Source: Bacteriovoracia bacterium | Lineage (GTDB): Bacteria > Bdellovibrionota > UBA1018 > JBFWNL01 | Reading direction: 5' to 3' | DNA: 64,000 bases | Assembly: GCA_050251055.1 (NCBI GenBank) | Contig: JBFWNL010000011.1 | Span: 32,001-96,000 of the forward strand | Notes under the pieces: generated by a model | What the model saw: the letters and a program-made list of their open reading frames with translations, nothing else | Databases searched by the model: none | What the model was told of the DNA's origin: nothing | Translations under genes and position numbers: made by a program | Shown here: positions 21,157 through 30,032 of the stretch, in pieces | Position numbering within the stretch: position 1 is the first letter of the stretch | Layout: each line of letters opens with the position of its first letter

Positions 21157-21978
21157 ATGTTTTCAACCGGCTTGAAATCAACCCATAAACCGCTTTGGGA
21201 GACTTTGGCGCTCCTCATCGCGATTTTTCTAGTGTTAGCGCCCGGGCACGCCTTCGGCGCCGAAAAGAACAAACCCGCGCCCGTGAGTGCCGCCCCTCAA
21301 CCCGAAGCCGAGCAGGTTGACGTGGACAAGATCAAGGAAAAATACTGGGCCAAGGGCAACGAAAGCGAGCTCGGCGTGGTGCAGAACCGTCTCTTCTCGA
21401 AAGCCGGCCACTTCCAGCTCGGCGTCTTCGGCGGCGTGAACTTCAGCGACCCGTTTTTATCCGTCAAGCCTGTCGGCTTCAGCTTCGGCTTTCACTTCAG
21501 TGAGTATGTGGGACTCAACTTCCTCTTCTTCAAGTCGCTAGTCAGCAACTCCAGCGCCTTGGATACGTTCGAGGAAAACCGGCACGCTACTGCCAACACC
21601 AACAAGCCTAACTTCTACACCGGCGCCGAACTGAACTGGAGCTTGCTCTACGGTAAGCTCTCCGTGGTCGGCAAATCCATCATTTACTACGACATGCACC
21701 TCTCGGCCGGCATGGGCGTCACCAAGACCGAATCCGGCAGCTACGTGACTCCCTCTTTTGGCCTGGGTCAGCGGTTCTACCTGTCGAAGCTTGTCTCTTT
21801 CCGCTTTGATTACCGCATGATGGTCTACAAGGAAAACATCGTCGAAAAGCAGATTACCGCGATCCTGGGCACCGTCGTCGGCGACCGCACCAATTTTTCA
21901 AACGTCATGACCTTCGGTTTTGATTTCCTCTTTAGCAGCGGAAACAAGGAAAACCGTGAAGGCGAACAGGGGAAATAG
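21157..21978 (+). CDS. Outer-membrane beta-barrel protein (GltA/GltB-type)
   Basis: Signal peptide, VVQNRLFSK, SDPF and LLYGKLS motifs, amphipathic beta-strands. Confidence 0.8.
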   Translation: MFSTGLKSTHKPLWETLALLIAIFLVLAPGHAFGAEKNKPAPVSAAPQPEAEQVDVDKIKEKYWAKGNESELGVVQNRLFSKAGHFQLGVFGGVNFSDPFLSVKPVGFSFGFHFSEYVGLNFLFFKSLVSNSSALDTFEENRHATANTNKPNFYTGAELNWSLLYGKLSVVGKSIIYYDMHLSAGMGVTKTESGSYVTPSFGLGQRFYLSKLVSFRFDYRMMVYKENIVEKQITAILGTVVGDRTNFSNVMTFGFDFLFSSGNKENREGEQGK

Positions 21979-21981
21979 ATA

Positions 21982-23871
21982 ATGAGAGCGCTTTTGCTTC
22001 GATCCGCACTAGGAATCATCATCGCCGTGAGCTTCGTCTGCCTGATCGGCGTCAGCTGGGTCTACGCGGGCCCAAAAGACCCGCAGGTGTCGTACGCGCT
22101 GCGCGCCTGCACGGACAGCGAAAGCTGGAACTTCAGCGGTAAGATCGATGAAAAGTGGCAAAGCGAATTCAAGGCATTCCTCTCGAAGCGCATTTCGCCA
22201 GTTCGCGCTTTCTCCGAAGGTCTCGCCCTGCGCCGCATTGCCGAAGACGCCGAAGCCCGCACGTTCGGTGAATACTGGGTCTCGCGCGCGCTCCTGCACG
22301 CCGAACTCCCCCACTTGGCCTACGCGGGCTTCTCCGCCATCATCGACCGTCCACTGACGGAAGAAAACATCGGCCCCACCGCGGCCGCCATCGACTGCCT
22401 CATGTGGATCCAAGCCCGCTACCCTTCGCTCGACTTCCCTTCGGCCGTGAGCGCGCGCCTCTTCGAGTTCTCGAAATTTCCGAAGAACCCCACCGCATAC
22501 AATCCGGTCATCTGGAACGCGGCGAACGCCTACGTACGTGATCTGATCCATCGGGGGGGATCGGAAGCCGACGTGAAGCCAGCCCTCGATCTCGTAAGAG
22601 GCGGTGGCTCCTTCGAAGCGCTCGCCAACGGCATGTGGGCGGCCAAGCGGGGTCTGCATTCCAAGGTGATCAAGAGTCTCTATTCGTTTCTATACGAAGC
22701 TCCCATTCCCCCCGTGCTCGAAAAATTCACGGACTCCGCGCGCCTGCTGATCTCGCGCTCGTACTACAGCACGCACAAGTACGGGCTCGCTTCCGACGAG
22801 CTTAAAAAAGTGAAGAAGAGCTCTAATGATTTGGCTGAAGCCTTGTCCGAGCTCTCCTGGGCCTACCTGCAATCCGAGCAATACGGAGAAGCCATCGGCA
22901 CGACGATCAACCTCCAGTCCGGCGGTCTGCGCAAAACGTTCTCGCCGGAAGCGCCTATGGTCATGGCCATGGCCCTGAACGAGATCTGCCAGTTCCCGGA
23001 AGCCATCAAGGCCGTGAATATCTTCCGTCGGAATTTCCACGGTTCGTTCGAATGGCTCAAACAGTGGAATGACGGCGACAAGAGCCAAAGTCTCTATAAC
23101 CTGGCCGTCAAGTACCTCAAGAACGAGGCGAAAGTTCCAGAGCGCGTAGCGAGCGAGTGGGTGCGCTCCCCCCTGTTCATTTCCCGCCAAGACGAGATCA
23201 ATCTCGTCTTCAAGGAAAAGGACTCCACCGCCGGTCTCGGCCGCGCGGGCGCCAAGGAGCAGCTGACCACCGCGAAGGACCTACTCAAGTTCCTCCAGGA
23301 TTTTCGTAAGAAATACCACCTAGCCAAAGTAAAGCTCAAGCCGGGGGAACCGCTCCCACGGCTCCTGCTCGACGAACTCGGTCACCTGCGCGATCAAGTC
23401 GCCCACTATTCCCGATTGCGCCGGGCGGCGCCCGTTTGGCGGACCATCCTGGCCAATTACGAAAAACGCTCTCCGTCCCGGATCGCCAAGCTCTCTCAAG
23501 ACATCAATAGCGATCTTAAGCGCATGACCGCGCGCATGCACCGGCAACTCAACGAGATCGCCGAAAATAACTACTTCATCGAAGTGGAAATTTTCAACGG
23601 GGCGAGCCGCGACATTATCTGGCAGAACGCCTATCCCGACTACGAAAAGGTCGCCAAGAAGCTCGACAAGGACAATCGTCCCAGCACCGGCTCTAAGGAG
23701 TGGGACTGGGGATCGGTTTCCGCCGGGCTCGACGGCAGCGGCGAGATCTGGGAAGACGAGCTGGGCTCTTTCAAGGCCAATCTCTTCGATAACTGCTCCA
23801 GCAAGGATCGCTACCTAGCCATGAAACGCGAGGACGCGTTGAAAAAAGCCGAACTCAAGAAGGTGAAGTAA
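21982..23871 (+). CDS. GltC-like exported TPR protein
   Basis: ALSELSWAY, FSPEA..ICQF and C-terminal GEIWEDELG..C motifs. Confidence 0.7.
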   Translation: MRALLLRSALGIIIAVSFVCLIGVSWVYAGPKDPQVSYALRACTDSESWNFSGKIDEKWQSEFKAFLSKRISPVRAFSEGLALRRIAEDAEARTFGEYWVSRALLHAELPHLAYAGFSAIIDRPLTEENIGPTAAAIDCLMWIQARYPSLDFPSAVSARLFEFSKFPKNPTAYNPVIWNAANAYVRDLIHRGGSEADVKPALDLVRGGGSFEALANGMWAAKRGLHSKVIKSLYSFLYEAPIPPVLEKFTDSARLLISRSYYSTHKYGLASDELKKVKKSSNDLAEALSELSWAYLQSEQYGEAIGTTINLQSGGLRKTFSPEAPMVMAMALNEICQFPEAIKAVNIFRRNFHGSFEWLKQWNDGDKSQSLYNLAVKYLKNEAKVPERVASEWVRSPLFISRQDEINLVFKEKDSTAGLGRAGAKEQLTTAKDLLKFLQDFRKKYHLAKVKLKPGEPLPRLLLDELGHLRDQVAHYSRLRRAAPVWRTILANYEKRSPSRIAKLSQDINSDLKRMTARMHRQLNEIAENNYFIEVEIFNGASRDIIWQNAYPDYEKVAKKLDKDNRPSTGSKEWDWGSVSAGLDGSGEIWEDELGSFKANLFDNCSSKDRYLAMKREDALKKAELKKVK

Positions 23872-23875
23872 GCTC

Positions 23876-24445
23876 ATGAAGAAACAAAAAGTGTTCTTAG
23901 GCGCTCAAGGCAAAGTTCACGGTCCGTACAGCGTGGAGCAGCTGAATGAAATGCAGCGCTCCGGCCGCATCAAGGACTACAGCTGGATCTGGGATTTTCA
24001 GAAGGAAACCTGGTCGCACCTCGACCCCGCGCCTCCAGCTTTGACGGAAGCCCAGTTAGGCGCGGCGCTGATGGAAGAAATGCCGGAAGCTCCGGTACAC
24101 CACCTGCATCAAAAAGCACCCGAGCCCGCCGCCATGCCGGCACCCCGGGCCATCCCGATCACTTCGCTCGCCAAGAACCTGCAAGCCGTTTGTTTTCATC
24201 AGACGGCCGCCGTCAGCGGCATGCTCGCCGGCATGACCCAGCTGGGTTGCGAGCTCGTATCGCTGGATCGCTCGCCCAGTCCTCAGCTCGGCCGTAACCA
24301 ACCCCTGATGCTCAACGTTCTGGATCCCAAATCAGGCCGCACGGTGAACGTACAGGCGCGCATGCACGACGCCAAGCGCTCCGAGGCGGGCTGGACGTAT
24401 CTATTGCAGTGGAAACAGGTCCCTGACTTTAGGGCCTCGGCGTAA
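23876..24445 (+). CDS. GYF_2 (DUF4339) domain plus degenerate PilZ-like domain protein
   Basis: GKVHGPYSVEQL..GRI...SWIW...W GYF signature; C-terminal beta-rich domain. Confidence 0.7.
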   Translation: MKKQKVFLGAQGKVHGPYSVEQLNEMQRSGRIKDYSWIWDFQKETWSHLDPAPPALTEAQLGAALMEEMPEAPVHHLHQKAPEPAAMPAPRAIPITSLAKNLQAVCFHQTAAVSGMLAGMTQLGCELVSLDRSPSPQLGRNQPLMLNVLDPKSGRTVNVQARMHDAKRSEAGWTYLLQWKQVPDFRASA

Positions 24446-25367
24446 AGAACCGGTCTTTTAATACATAAGGCAAGACATACGGGAGCACGATCGGGCCTAG
24501 GTTGGCCACCGGGCCCGCTTCGGCGCCCGAAACGAGCATCGAGGTGCGCGCCAATTGCCGAATCAACGGACGCCGATAGGCAGGCGTGCGGCTCTCCAAG
24601 ACCTCCAGTACATCCGCGGGAATCGGCGTGCCCCAATCCCGAGCCAACATCTGCAGCGCGAGCAAGCTCGCGGCTTGAACCCCACTACGGGCGACCTCAG
24701 CGAGAAAAACCGCCCAGTCGGGCTGACCATTGCGGATCACGCGATCCAGATCGGCGAGACACTGCAAGGATTCACGCCGGGGATCGCTAAACCCCTGCTC
24801 CACGCAATACGCCAGTAGAGTCTCCACCGGCAAGCCTTCAACGTCGCTTGCCTGAAAATCCCGCCCGAGCAAACGCGTACGCAAGGTCGCCACGGGGGTG
24901 TTTTCCCGGCGCGCGATCTGAATGGAGCCCGATCCCTCCGCGTATTTACCCACTACCCGAAAGCCTTCTCGCCCCAAAGCTCGCAAGGCGCGGGTGAAAG
25001 ATTCGCGCTCCACTAGAAACTCGATCGCATCGGCGCCGCGCAGCTCGGGATCCGGATAATATCGGCGCGCGGTATCGACCCCGCCAAGGGCGACGCCGCC
25101 GCACTCCGCGAGCGCCCGTTGCACCCGATCGTGCTCCGCGAGGATCACCGTGAACTTCAGTTTTTCCCGGAAATAGAGATGCTCCAGGTACTGGCGGCTA
25201 GATTCGGACATCGTAGCCGGCCAGCTGCCGTCGCCGCGCAGGCGAGCCAGCGCGGGCAAGAGAATGCCGTAAGCTTCCGCGGTTCCGGCAAGGCCGTACC
25301 AATCCGCGTGGAGTTCGTTCAAATCCAAAAAATTCTTCGTGCCGGTGAAAAGCTGGATGAGATCCAT
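24429..25367 (-). CDS. Nucleotidyltransferase-family (NTP_transf_5-like) protein, degenerate active site
   Basis: ALGG..RRYYPDPELRGADAIEFLV aligns with the family pattern LKG..Y...LR...DIDLLV; C-terminal LADLDRVI..PDW. Confidence 0.65.
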   Translation of the reverse strand: MDLIQLFTGTKNFLDLNELHADWYGLAGTAEAYGILLPALARLRGDGSWPATMSESSRQYLEHLYFREKLKFTVILAEHDRVQRALAECGGVALGGVDTARRYYPDPELRGADAIEFLVERESFTRALRALGREGFRVVGKYAEGSGSIQIARRENTPVATLRTRLLGRDFQASDVEGLPVETLLAYCVEQGFSDPRRESLQCLADLDRVIRNGQPDWAVFLAEVARSGVQAASLLALQMLARDWGTPIPADVLEVLESRTPAYRRPLIRQLARTSMLVSGAEAGPVANLGPIVLPYVLPYVLKDRFFTPRP

Positions 25368-25380
25368 GGAATCCTCCGTG

Positions 25381-25408
25381 AAGAAAACGGGCCAAATCCG
25401 TTTGGCCC
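25381..25408 (-). terminator. Intrinsic terminator after the OMP gene
   Basis: GGGCCAAA-4nt-TTTGGCCC hairpin followed by GTTTTCTT on the minus strand. Confidence 0.6.
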
Positions 25409-25427
25409 TTCCTTCATCCTAAAGGAA

Positions 25428-26360
25428 TCAGAACGAAAAGGAAATGCCGCCGTCGAGATAGACGCCAGAGAGATTGATGGGGATTGGGACGTAATCGGCG
25501 TCCACATCCCCACCCTGCCGGAAAATCTGGTTGCCGTTGCCCTCCACGGTGGGCGTCAAATTTTTGGTTTTAAGGATCCGGTACCCACCGCCCAGAAAAA
25601 TCGCGAAGTTATCCGAGATCGACCAGGCGACATGGGTGTGCAAAAGCGCCGTGAAGGTCGAAGCCGTCAGTAACGTCTGGTTGGGCTCGGTCGCGTTCTC
25701 CACGGTCGCCAGTAGCTCCGTATTGAAAGCCAGGCCCCCGAATCCAGAAAACTCCCAGGCCCAATTTCGGGCAATGGGCAGGCGGGCCCCGACTCCGAGC
25801 ATGATGGGAACGGACGAGACGTCCATTTTATAAATCGTCCCGGCACTGTCGTCGTCCTCCACCCGTTCGGTGTGCCGAAGCAGGTCCGCGCGCAGTCCGA
25901 TAAAGACGTTCGAACTGATGAACAGATCACCTTCCAGCCCGAAGTGGAAAGCCGCGGTGATCGGAAATCCGGTGAGATCGGAAAATTCCTGCAGTTTGTA
26001 GAAATCCAGGCCCATATGAAAGAGGAAGTTCAGCGACTTTTCGGGCGGCCGACCCGTGGTTACGGACGTACCCGCCGACTGCGCGCGCGGCAGGGAGGTT
26101 TCCCCACGGGGCATGACTTTGCGTTCGGGCACCTTCACGTCGGTGACCCGCACCCAACCTAGCTTCCCGCGGGGGGTTTTGATTTTAAAGAAACCTTGGG
26201 TAGCCGTATTACTTGCGGTTACCTTCGCGTCGCGCGGGAGCCGATCCGTAATGCGGGCACTGGCGTTGGGTTTTTCAAAAACGGGGGTGAGCGGCTCAAG
26301 CACCCTCACGATCTGCGAAGCGGAGGCCGACAGGCTAAGCAAAAGCCATAGCCATATCAC
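25428..26360 (-). CDS. SH3b-domain outer-membrane beta-barrel protein
   Basis: Probable GTG start overlapping the M23 stop; signal peptide, SH3-like GFFKIKT..GKLGWV, barrel ending in ISFSF. Confidence 0.7.
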   Translation of the reverse strand: MIWLWLLLSLSASASQIVRVLEPLTPVFEKPNASARITDRLPRDAKVTASNTATQGFFKIKTPRGKLGWVRVTDVKVPERKVMPRGETSLPRAQSAGTSVTTGRPPEKSLNFLFHMGLDFYKLQEFSDLTGFPITAAFHFGLEGDLFISSNVFIGLRADLLRHTERVEDDDSAGTIYKMDVSSVPIMLGVGARLPIARNWAWEFSGFGGLAFNTELLATVENATEPNQTLLTASTFTALLHTHVAWSISDNFAIFLGGGYRILKTKNLTPTVEGNGNQIFRQGGDVDADYVPIPINLSGVYLDGGISFSF

Positions 26361-27355
26361 CGATAGAGCCTCGTCAGTTCCCGCGGGTTCACCTTCACGT
26401 TGTGAATGATGGCGCTCCAATGCAAATGCGGACCATTCGCCCGTCCCGTCATGCCCGCCAAGCCCAACACCCGCCCGGCGCGCACGGCATCTCCGGTGGC
26501 CACCTTGAGCGCGCTTAAATGAGCGTAAAGCGTCAGCAAGCCGTAGCCATGATCCAGGATCACCGTGTAACCCGTGTAGTAAAGATCCTTCGCCAGGACG
26601 ACTTTACCGTAAGCCGGTGCGCGAATCGGGTCGCCGGTTTTAGCCCGCAGGTCGAGCCCCTGGTGGGCGCTCTTGAGCTCCCCGTTGTACACCCGCCGGG
26701 CGCCGTACTTGCTCGTGACCTTGCCCGGTACGGGCATGCGGAAGTTCCCCGACCATTGCTTCTCGGGGGTATTCAACGCGTATAAAGCGCGGATCTCCTC
26801 CATTTCCGCCTGAATGCGCGCCTGGGCTTCCGGCGGGGGATTCACTTTCGAAGGAGGTACCTTGAGCGTCTCCGAGGGATAGTCGCCCGGGGTAACCTTG
26901 AATTCGAGTTCGCTCCGGGCCAACACGTTTTTGCCGATAGGGTCCATGGCGCGGATTTCGAGCCGGCTCGGTCCCGGCGGATGATCGTAGGGAATCCCGA
27001 AGACGACACCAAACACGCCGGGCTGCGCCGGCCCATGCGGGAAACAGGGAAACTCGCGTCCTTCATAGCTTACGCTCACGTTGGGCGCGCGCTCGGCGAG
27101 CTCGGGAGCCAACTCCACCCGCAGCAGGAGCGCTCCCGCGTCCTGCACTTCTCCGCGCGAAAGCGTCGCGTTCACCGCGGCGTCGCGAATGAGGGGAGCG
27201 AGGTTCTTGATTTTCGTGCCGGGCACATCCACCGGCGGGGCATCGGGCGACGCCAGGTCGACCGACGACGACGGGGGCGGCGTCGCGCAGCCCGCGCCAA
27301 TCCCCCACGTTCCGATCACCGCTAAAATGAACCTACTTTGCTTCCACTTGGGCAT
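26357..27355 (-). CDS. M23 family peptidoglycan endopeptidase, lipoprotein
   Basis: Lipobox GAGC, HQGLD and HLH zinc ligands; start moved to ATG 27355 after AAGGA. Confidence 0.88.
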   Translation of the reverse strand: MPKWKQSRFILAVIGTWGIGAGCATPPPSSSVDLASPDAPPVDVPGTKIKNLAPLIRDAAVNATLSRGEVQDAGALLLRVELAPELAERAPNVSVSYEGREFPCFPHGPAQPGVFGVVFGIPYDHPPGPSRLEIRAMDPIGKNVLARSELEFKVTPGDYPSETLKVPPSKVNPPPEAQARIQAEMEEIRALYALNTPEKQWSGNFRMPVPGKVTSKYGARRVYNGELKSAHQGLDLRAKTGDPIRAPAYGKVVLAKDLYYTGYTVILDHGYGLLTLYAHLSALKVATGDAVRAGRVLGLAGMTGRANGPHLHWSAIIHNVKVNPRELTRLYR

Positions 27356-28520
27356 CGCCATCCTTAAAGGTAACCCGGTAGCGGGTTCCCGGCTGCAACT
27401 GCGTTCGAGTTCGAATAATCGCGCCTCCGTCCACGGAGCGCACCAAGGAAAAACCCCGATCCAAAACCCGCAGGGGCGAAAGCGCGTCGAGCTGGGCGGT
27501 GGCACGCTCGAAACGCGCGCGTTTTTTCTCGAGCTGAAAGCGCGCCGCCTTGTCGAGCCGCGCCCGCACCTCCGTGAAAACTCGGGATTGCTGACCGAGT
27601 TTTTCGCGCGGGCTTACCACGCGGGCCGCTAGGTGATCCAATACCTCCTGACGCAACTCCAACGAGCGGCGGGCCTGTTCGCTGAGCCGCGCGCGGAACT
27701 CCGCTAAACGGTCCGCAAACCCCACCCAGTCGGCCGAGATCAGTTCGGCGGCGGCCGACGGCGTCGGGGCCCGTAAGTCGGCGACAAAATCGGAAATCGT
27801 GAAATCCACTTCATGGCCGACGGCCGAGATCACCGGCAGGCGCGACGCGACGATCTGACGGGCAAGACGTTCCGAATTAAAGCACCAAAGATCTTCTAGG
27901 CTACCACCGCCGCGGGCGAGGATCACCGCTTCGCCGATCCCGTGGCGGTTGACCGTCTCCAATGCGCGGACCAGCTGGGGTTCGGCCCCTTCCCCCTGGA
28001 CGACGGCCGGCACGATCGTCACCCGCAGTTGGGGAGCCCGCCGCCCCAAGATATTCAAAATGTCCTGCACCGCCGCGCCCGTCGGCGAAGTAATGATCGA
28101 GACGTGACGGGGGTACCGTGGTAGCGCCCGCTTGCGGCCGGCTTCAAAAAGCCCTTCGGCGAGCAACCGTGCCTTGAGCTGCTCGAAAGCGATCTGCAAT
28201 GCGCCCGCCCCGAGCGGCTCTAGCTTATCCACCACCAGCTGGTAGGTGCCGCGCGGGGGATAAACGCCGATCTTGCCGGAACACAATACCTCCTGGCCGT
28301 CCTTCAAATCAAATTTGATTCCCCGCATACCGCCGAAGAGCGCCGCGGAAATTGAGGCCTGGGCGTCTTTCAGCGAAAAGTAGAGATGGCCGGAGGCCGC
28401 GGGTCGGAAGTTACTAACCTCCCCCCGTATCCACACGCGCTTGAACGGCGGTTCCAGCACGCCGCGGATGCGGGCGGTGAGCTCCGAGACGCTCCAGTAG
28501 GCGGGATTGCTTTCCATCAC
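27333..28520 (-). CDS. xseA: Exodeoxyribonuclease VII large subunit
   Basis: SGHLYFSLKD, ARGGGSLEDLWCFN, GHEVDFTISDFVADLRAPTPSAAAE. Confidence 0.96.
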   Translation of the reverse strand: MMESNPAYWSVSELTARIRGVLEPPFKRVWIRGEVSNFRPAASGHLYFSLKDAQASISAALFGGMRGIKFDLKDGQEVLCSGKIGVYPPRGTYQLVVDKLEPLGAGALQIAFEQLKARLLAEGLFEAGRKRALPRYPRHVSIITSPTGAAVQDILNILGRRAPQLRVTIVPAVVQGEGAEPQLVRALETVNRHGIGEAVILARGGGSLEDLWCFNSERLARQIVASRLPVISAVGHEVDFTISDFVADLRAPTPSAAAELISADWVGFADRLAEFRARLSEQARRSLELRQEVLDHLAARVVSPREKLGQQSRVFTEVRARLDKAARFQLEKKRARFERATAQLDALSPLRVLDRGFSLVRSVDGGAIIRTRTQLQPGTRYRVTFKDGDAQVEAK

Positions 28521-28521
28521 G

Positions 28522-30018
28522 CTAAAGCGCCAGGGTTATGGCCGCGTCCGAATGCAGCCGGGGATCCTGGCGAATTATTGGCGCGGCGCTCGCTTCTTTC
28601 TTGGTGTCGAATTTATTGAATAGCTCGTGTGAGCGCAAATAGTTCAACGCCTCGCGGACCTGGTAATCCTCGCGGGGATCTTGCTTGAGTGCGGCCACGG
28701 ACTCGTCGTCGTCTTCGGCCTTTGCCGACGACGCGGGTTTCTTGCCCGTGCCGACCATCGCATCCATTTCGTCTTTAGAGTACTCGCCCTTCTCGGGTTC
28801 CGCGTCGGACGGCTGGATGTGCCCCGGAAGGTCGCGCTCCCGCATGGAGTCGCTCTTCACGCGTGCCTTGGCCAGGAGCTTGGGGTTGTACTGGTCGAGC
28901 AGGATATCCGGGGTCACGCCTTTCTCCTGGATGCTGGTCCCGTTCGGCGTGTAAAAACGGGCGATCGTCAGCTTCAGTCCCATCGTCTCCCCGAGCTCGA
29001 TCACCTGCTGCACGGACCCTTTGCCGAAAGTGCGCTCGCCCATGACGACGGCCCGGCGATGATCCTGCAGCGCTCCGGCGACAATCTCCGCCGCCGAAGC
29101 CGTGCTGGAGTTGACGAGAATCGCGAGCGAAAAATCTTTTCGCGCTTTTCCACGAGCGGCATGCTTCACTTCTTTCTGGTCGCGATTCCGGCCAATGGTG
29201 GAAACCACGACGCCATCGTCAATAAAAAGGGAAGAAACGTCGACCGCCTGGTCGAGCAGTCCCCCGGGGTTCGTACGGAGATCGAATACCAGGCCCCGGA
29301 GCTTGCTCTTCTTCTCCAGGTTTTCAATGGCGGCACGCACGTCCTTGCCCGCGGTTTCGTTGAAATTCGTCAGCCGGATATAACCGTACCCCTTATCCAG
29401 CTCAGCCAGCTTCACGGACTGGAGCTTGATCACGGCGCGGGTAACCCGAAACTCCTTCGGGACGTCAAAGCCCTTCCGGTAAACGGTGATGAGGACATCA
29501 CTGCCCTTCTTGCCGCGCATCTTCGCCACCGCTTCCACGAGGTTCATCCCCTTGGTGCTGTCGCCGTTGATTTTCACGATGCGGTCACCCGGCATCAGGC
29601 CCGCTTTCCATGCCGGCGTATCTTCGATGGGCGCGACGATGGTGAGCACGTTGTCCCGCATGCCTATCTCGATGCCTAAGCCGCCGAACTGGCCGCTGGT
29701 ATCAATCTTCATGTCCTTAAAGACCTCGGGAGGCAGGAAGTTGGAGTGAGGATCCAGCGTGGCCAGCATCCCTTTGATCGCGCCATAAACAAGGTCGGTG
29801 TTCTTCACGCCATCGACATAGTGGTCTTCCACGAAATGCAGGACCTTCTGAAAGAGCTCCAGATTCTGATAACGCTCTTTCTGGATGGCGGTGGGCACGG
29901 CGGGTTCCGGCGCGGCGTCTTTTATAGCCGGGGGAGCGGCTGACCCGGGGATGGATCCCAGGGCCGTCGTGAGGATCGTGAAGCTAAGAAAAAACCGCGT
30001 TTTTTTAGGGAAGCTCAT
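28522..30018 (-). CDS. ctpA: Carboxyl-terminal processing protease S41 with PDZ domain
   Basis: LDPHS, FGGLGIEI, DLRTNPGG, ASAAE (Ser) and FGKG (Lys). Confidence 0.93.
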   Translation of the reverse strand: MSFPKKTRFFLSFTILTTALGSIPGSAAPPAIKDAAPEPAVPTAIQKERYQNLELFQKVLHFVEDHYVDGVKNTDLVYGAIKGMLATLDPHSNFLPPEVFKDMKIDTSGQFGGLGIEIGMRDNVLTIVAPIEDTPAWKAGLMPGDRIVKINGDSTKGMNLVEAVAKMRGKKGSDVLITVYRKGFDVPKEFRVTRAVIKLQSVKLAELDKGYGYIRLTNFNETAGKDVRAAIENLEKKSKLRGLVFDLRTNPGGLLDQAVDVSSLFIDDGVVVSTIGRNRDQKEVKHAARGKARKDFSLAILVNSSTASAAEIVAGALQDHRRAVVMGERTFGKGSVQQVIELGETMGLKLTIARFYTPNGTSIQEKGVTPDILLDQYNPKLLAKARVKSDSMRERDLPGHIQPSDAEPEKGEYSKDEMDAMVGTGKKPASSAKAEDDDESVAALKQDPREDYQVREALNYLRSHELFNKFDTKKEASAAPIIRQDPRLHSDAAITLAL

Positions 30019-30032
30019 AGAAAAAAGTTAAA

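Noticed and set aside
27333-28520. xseA without adjacent xseB
   Set aside because: The two genes are commonly unlinked.
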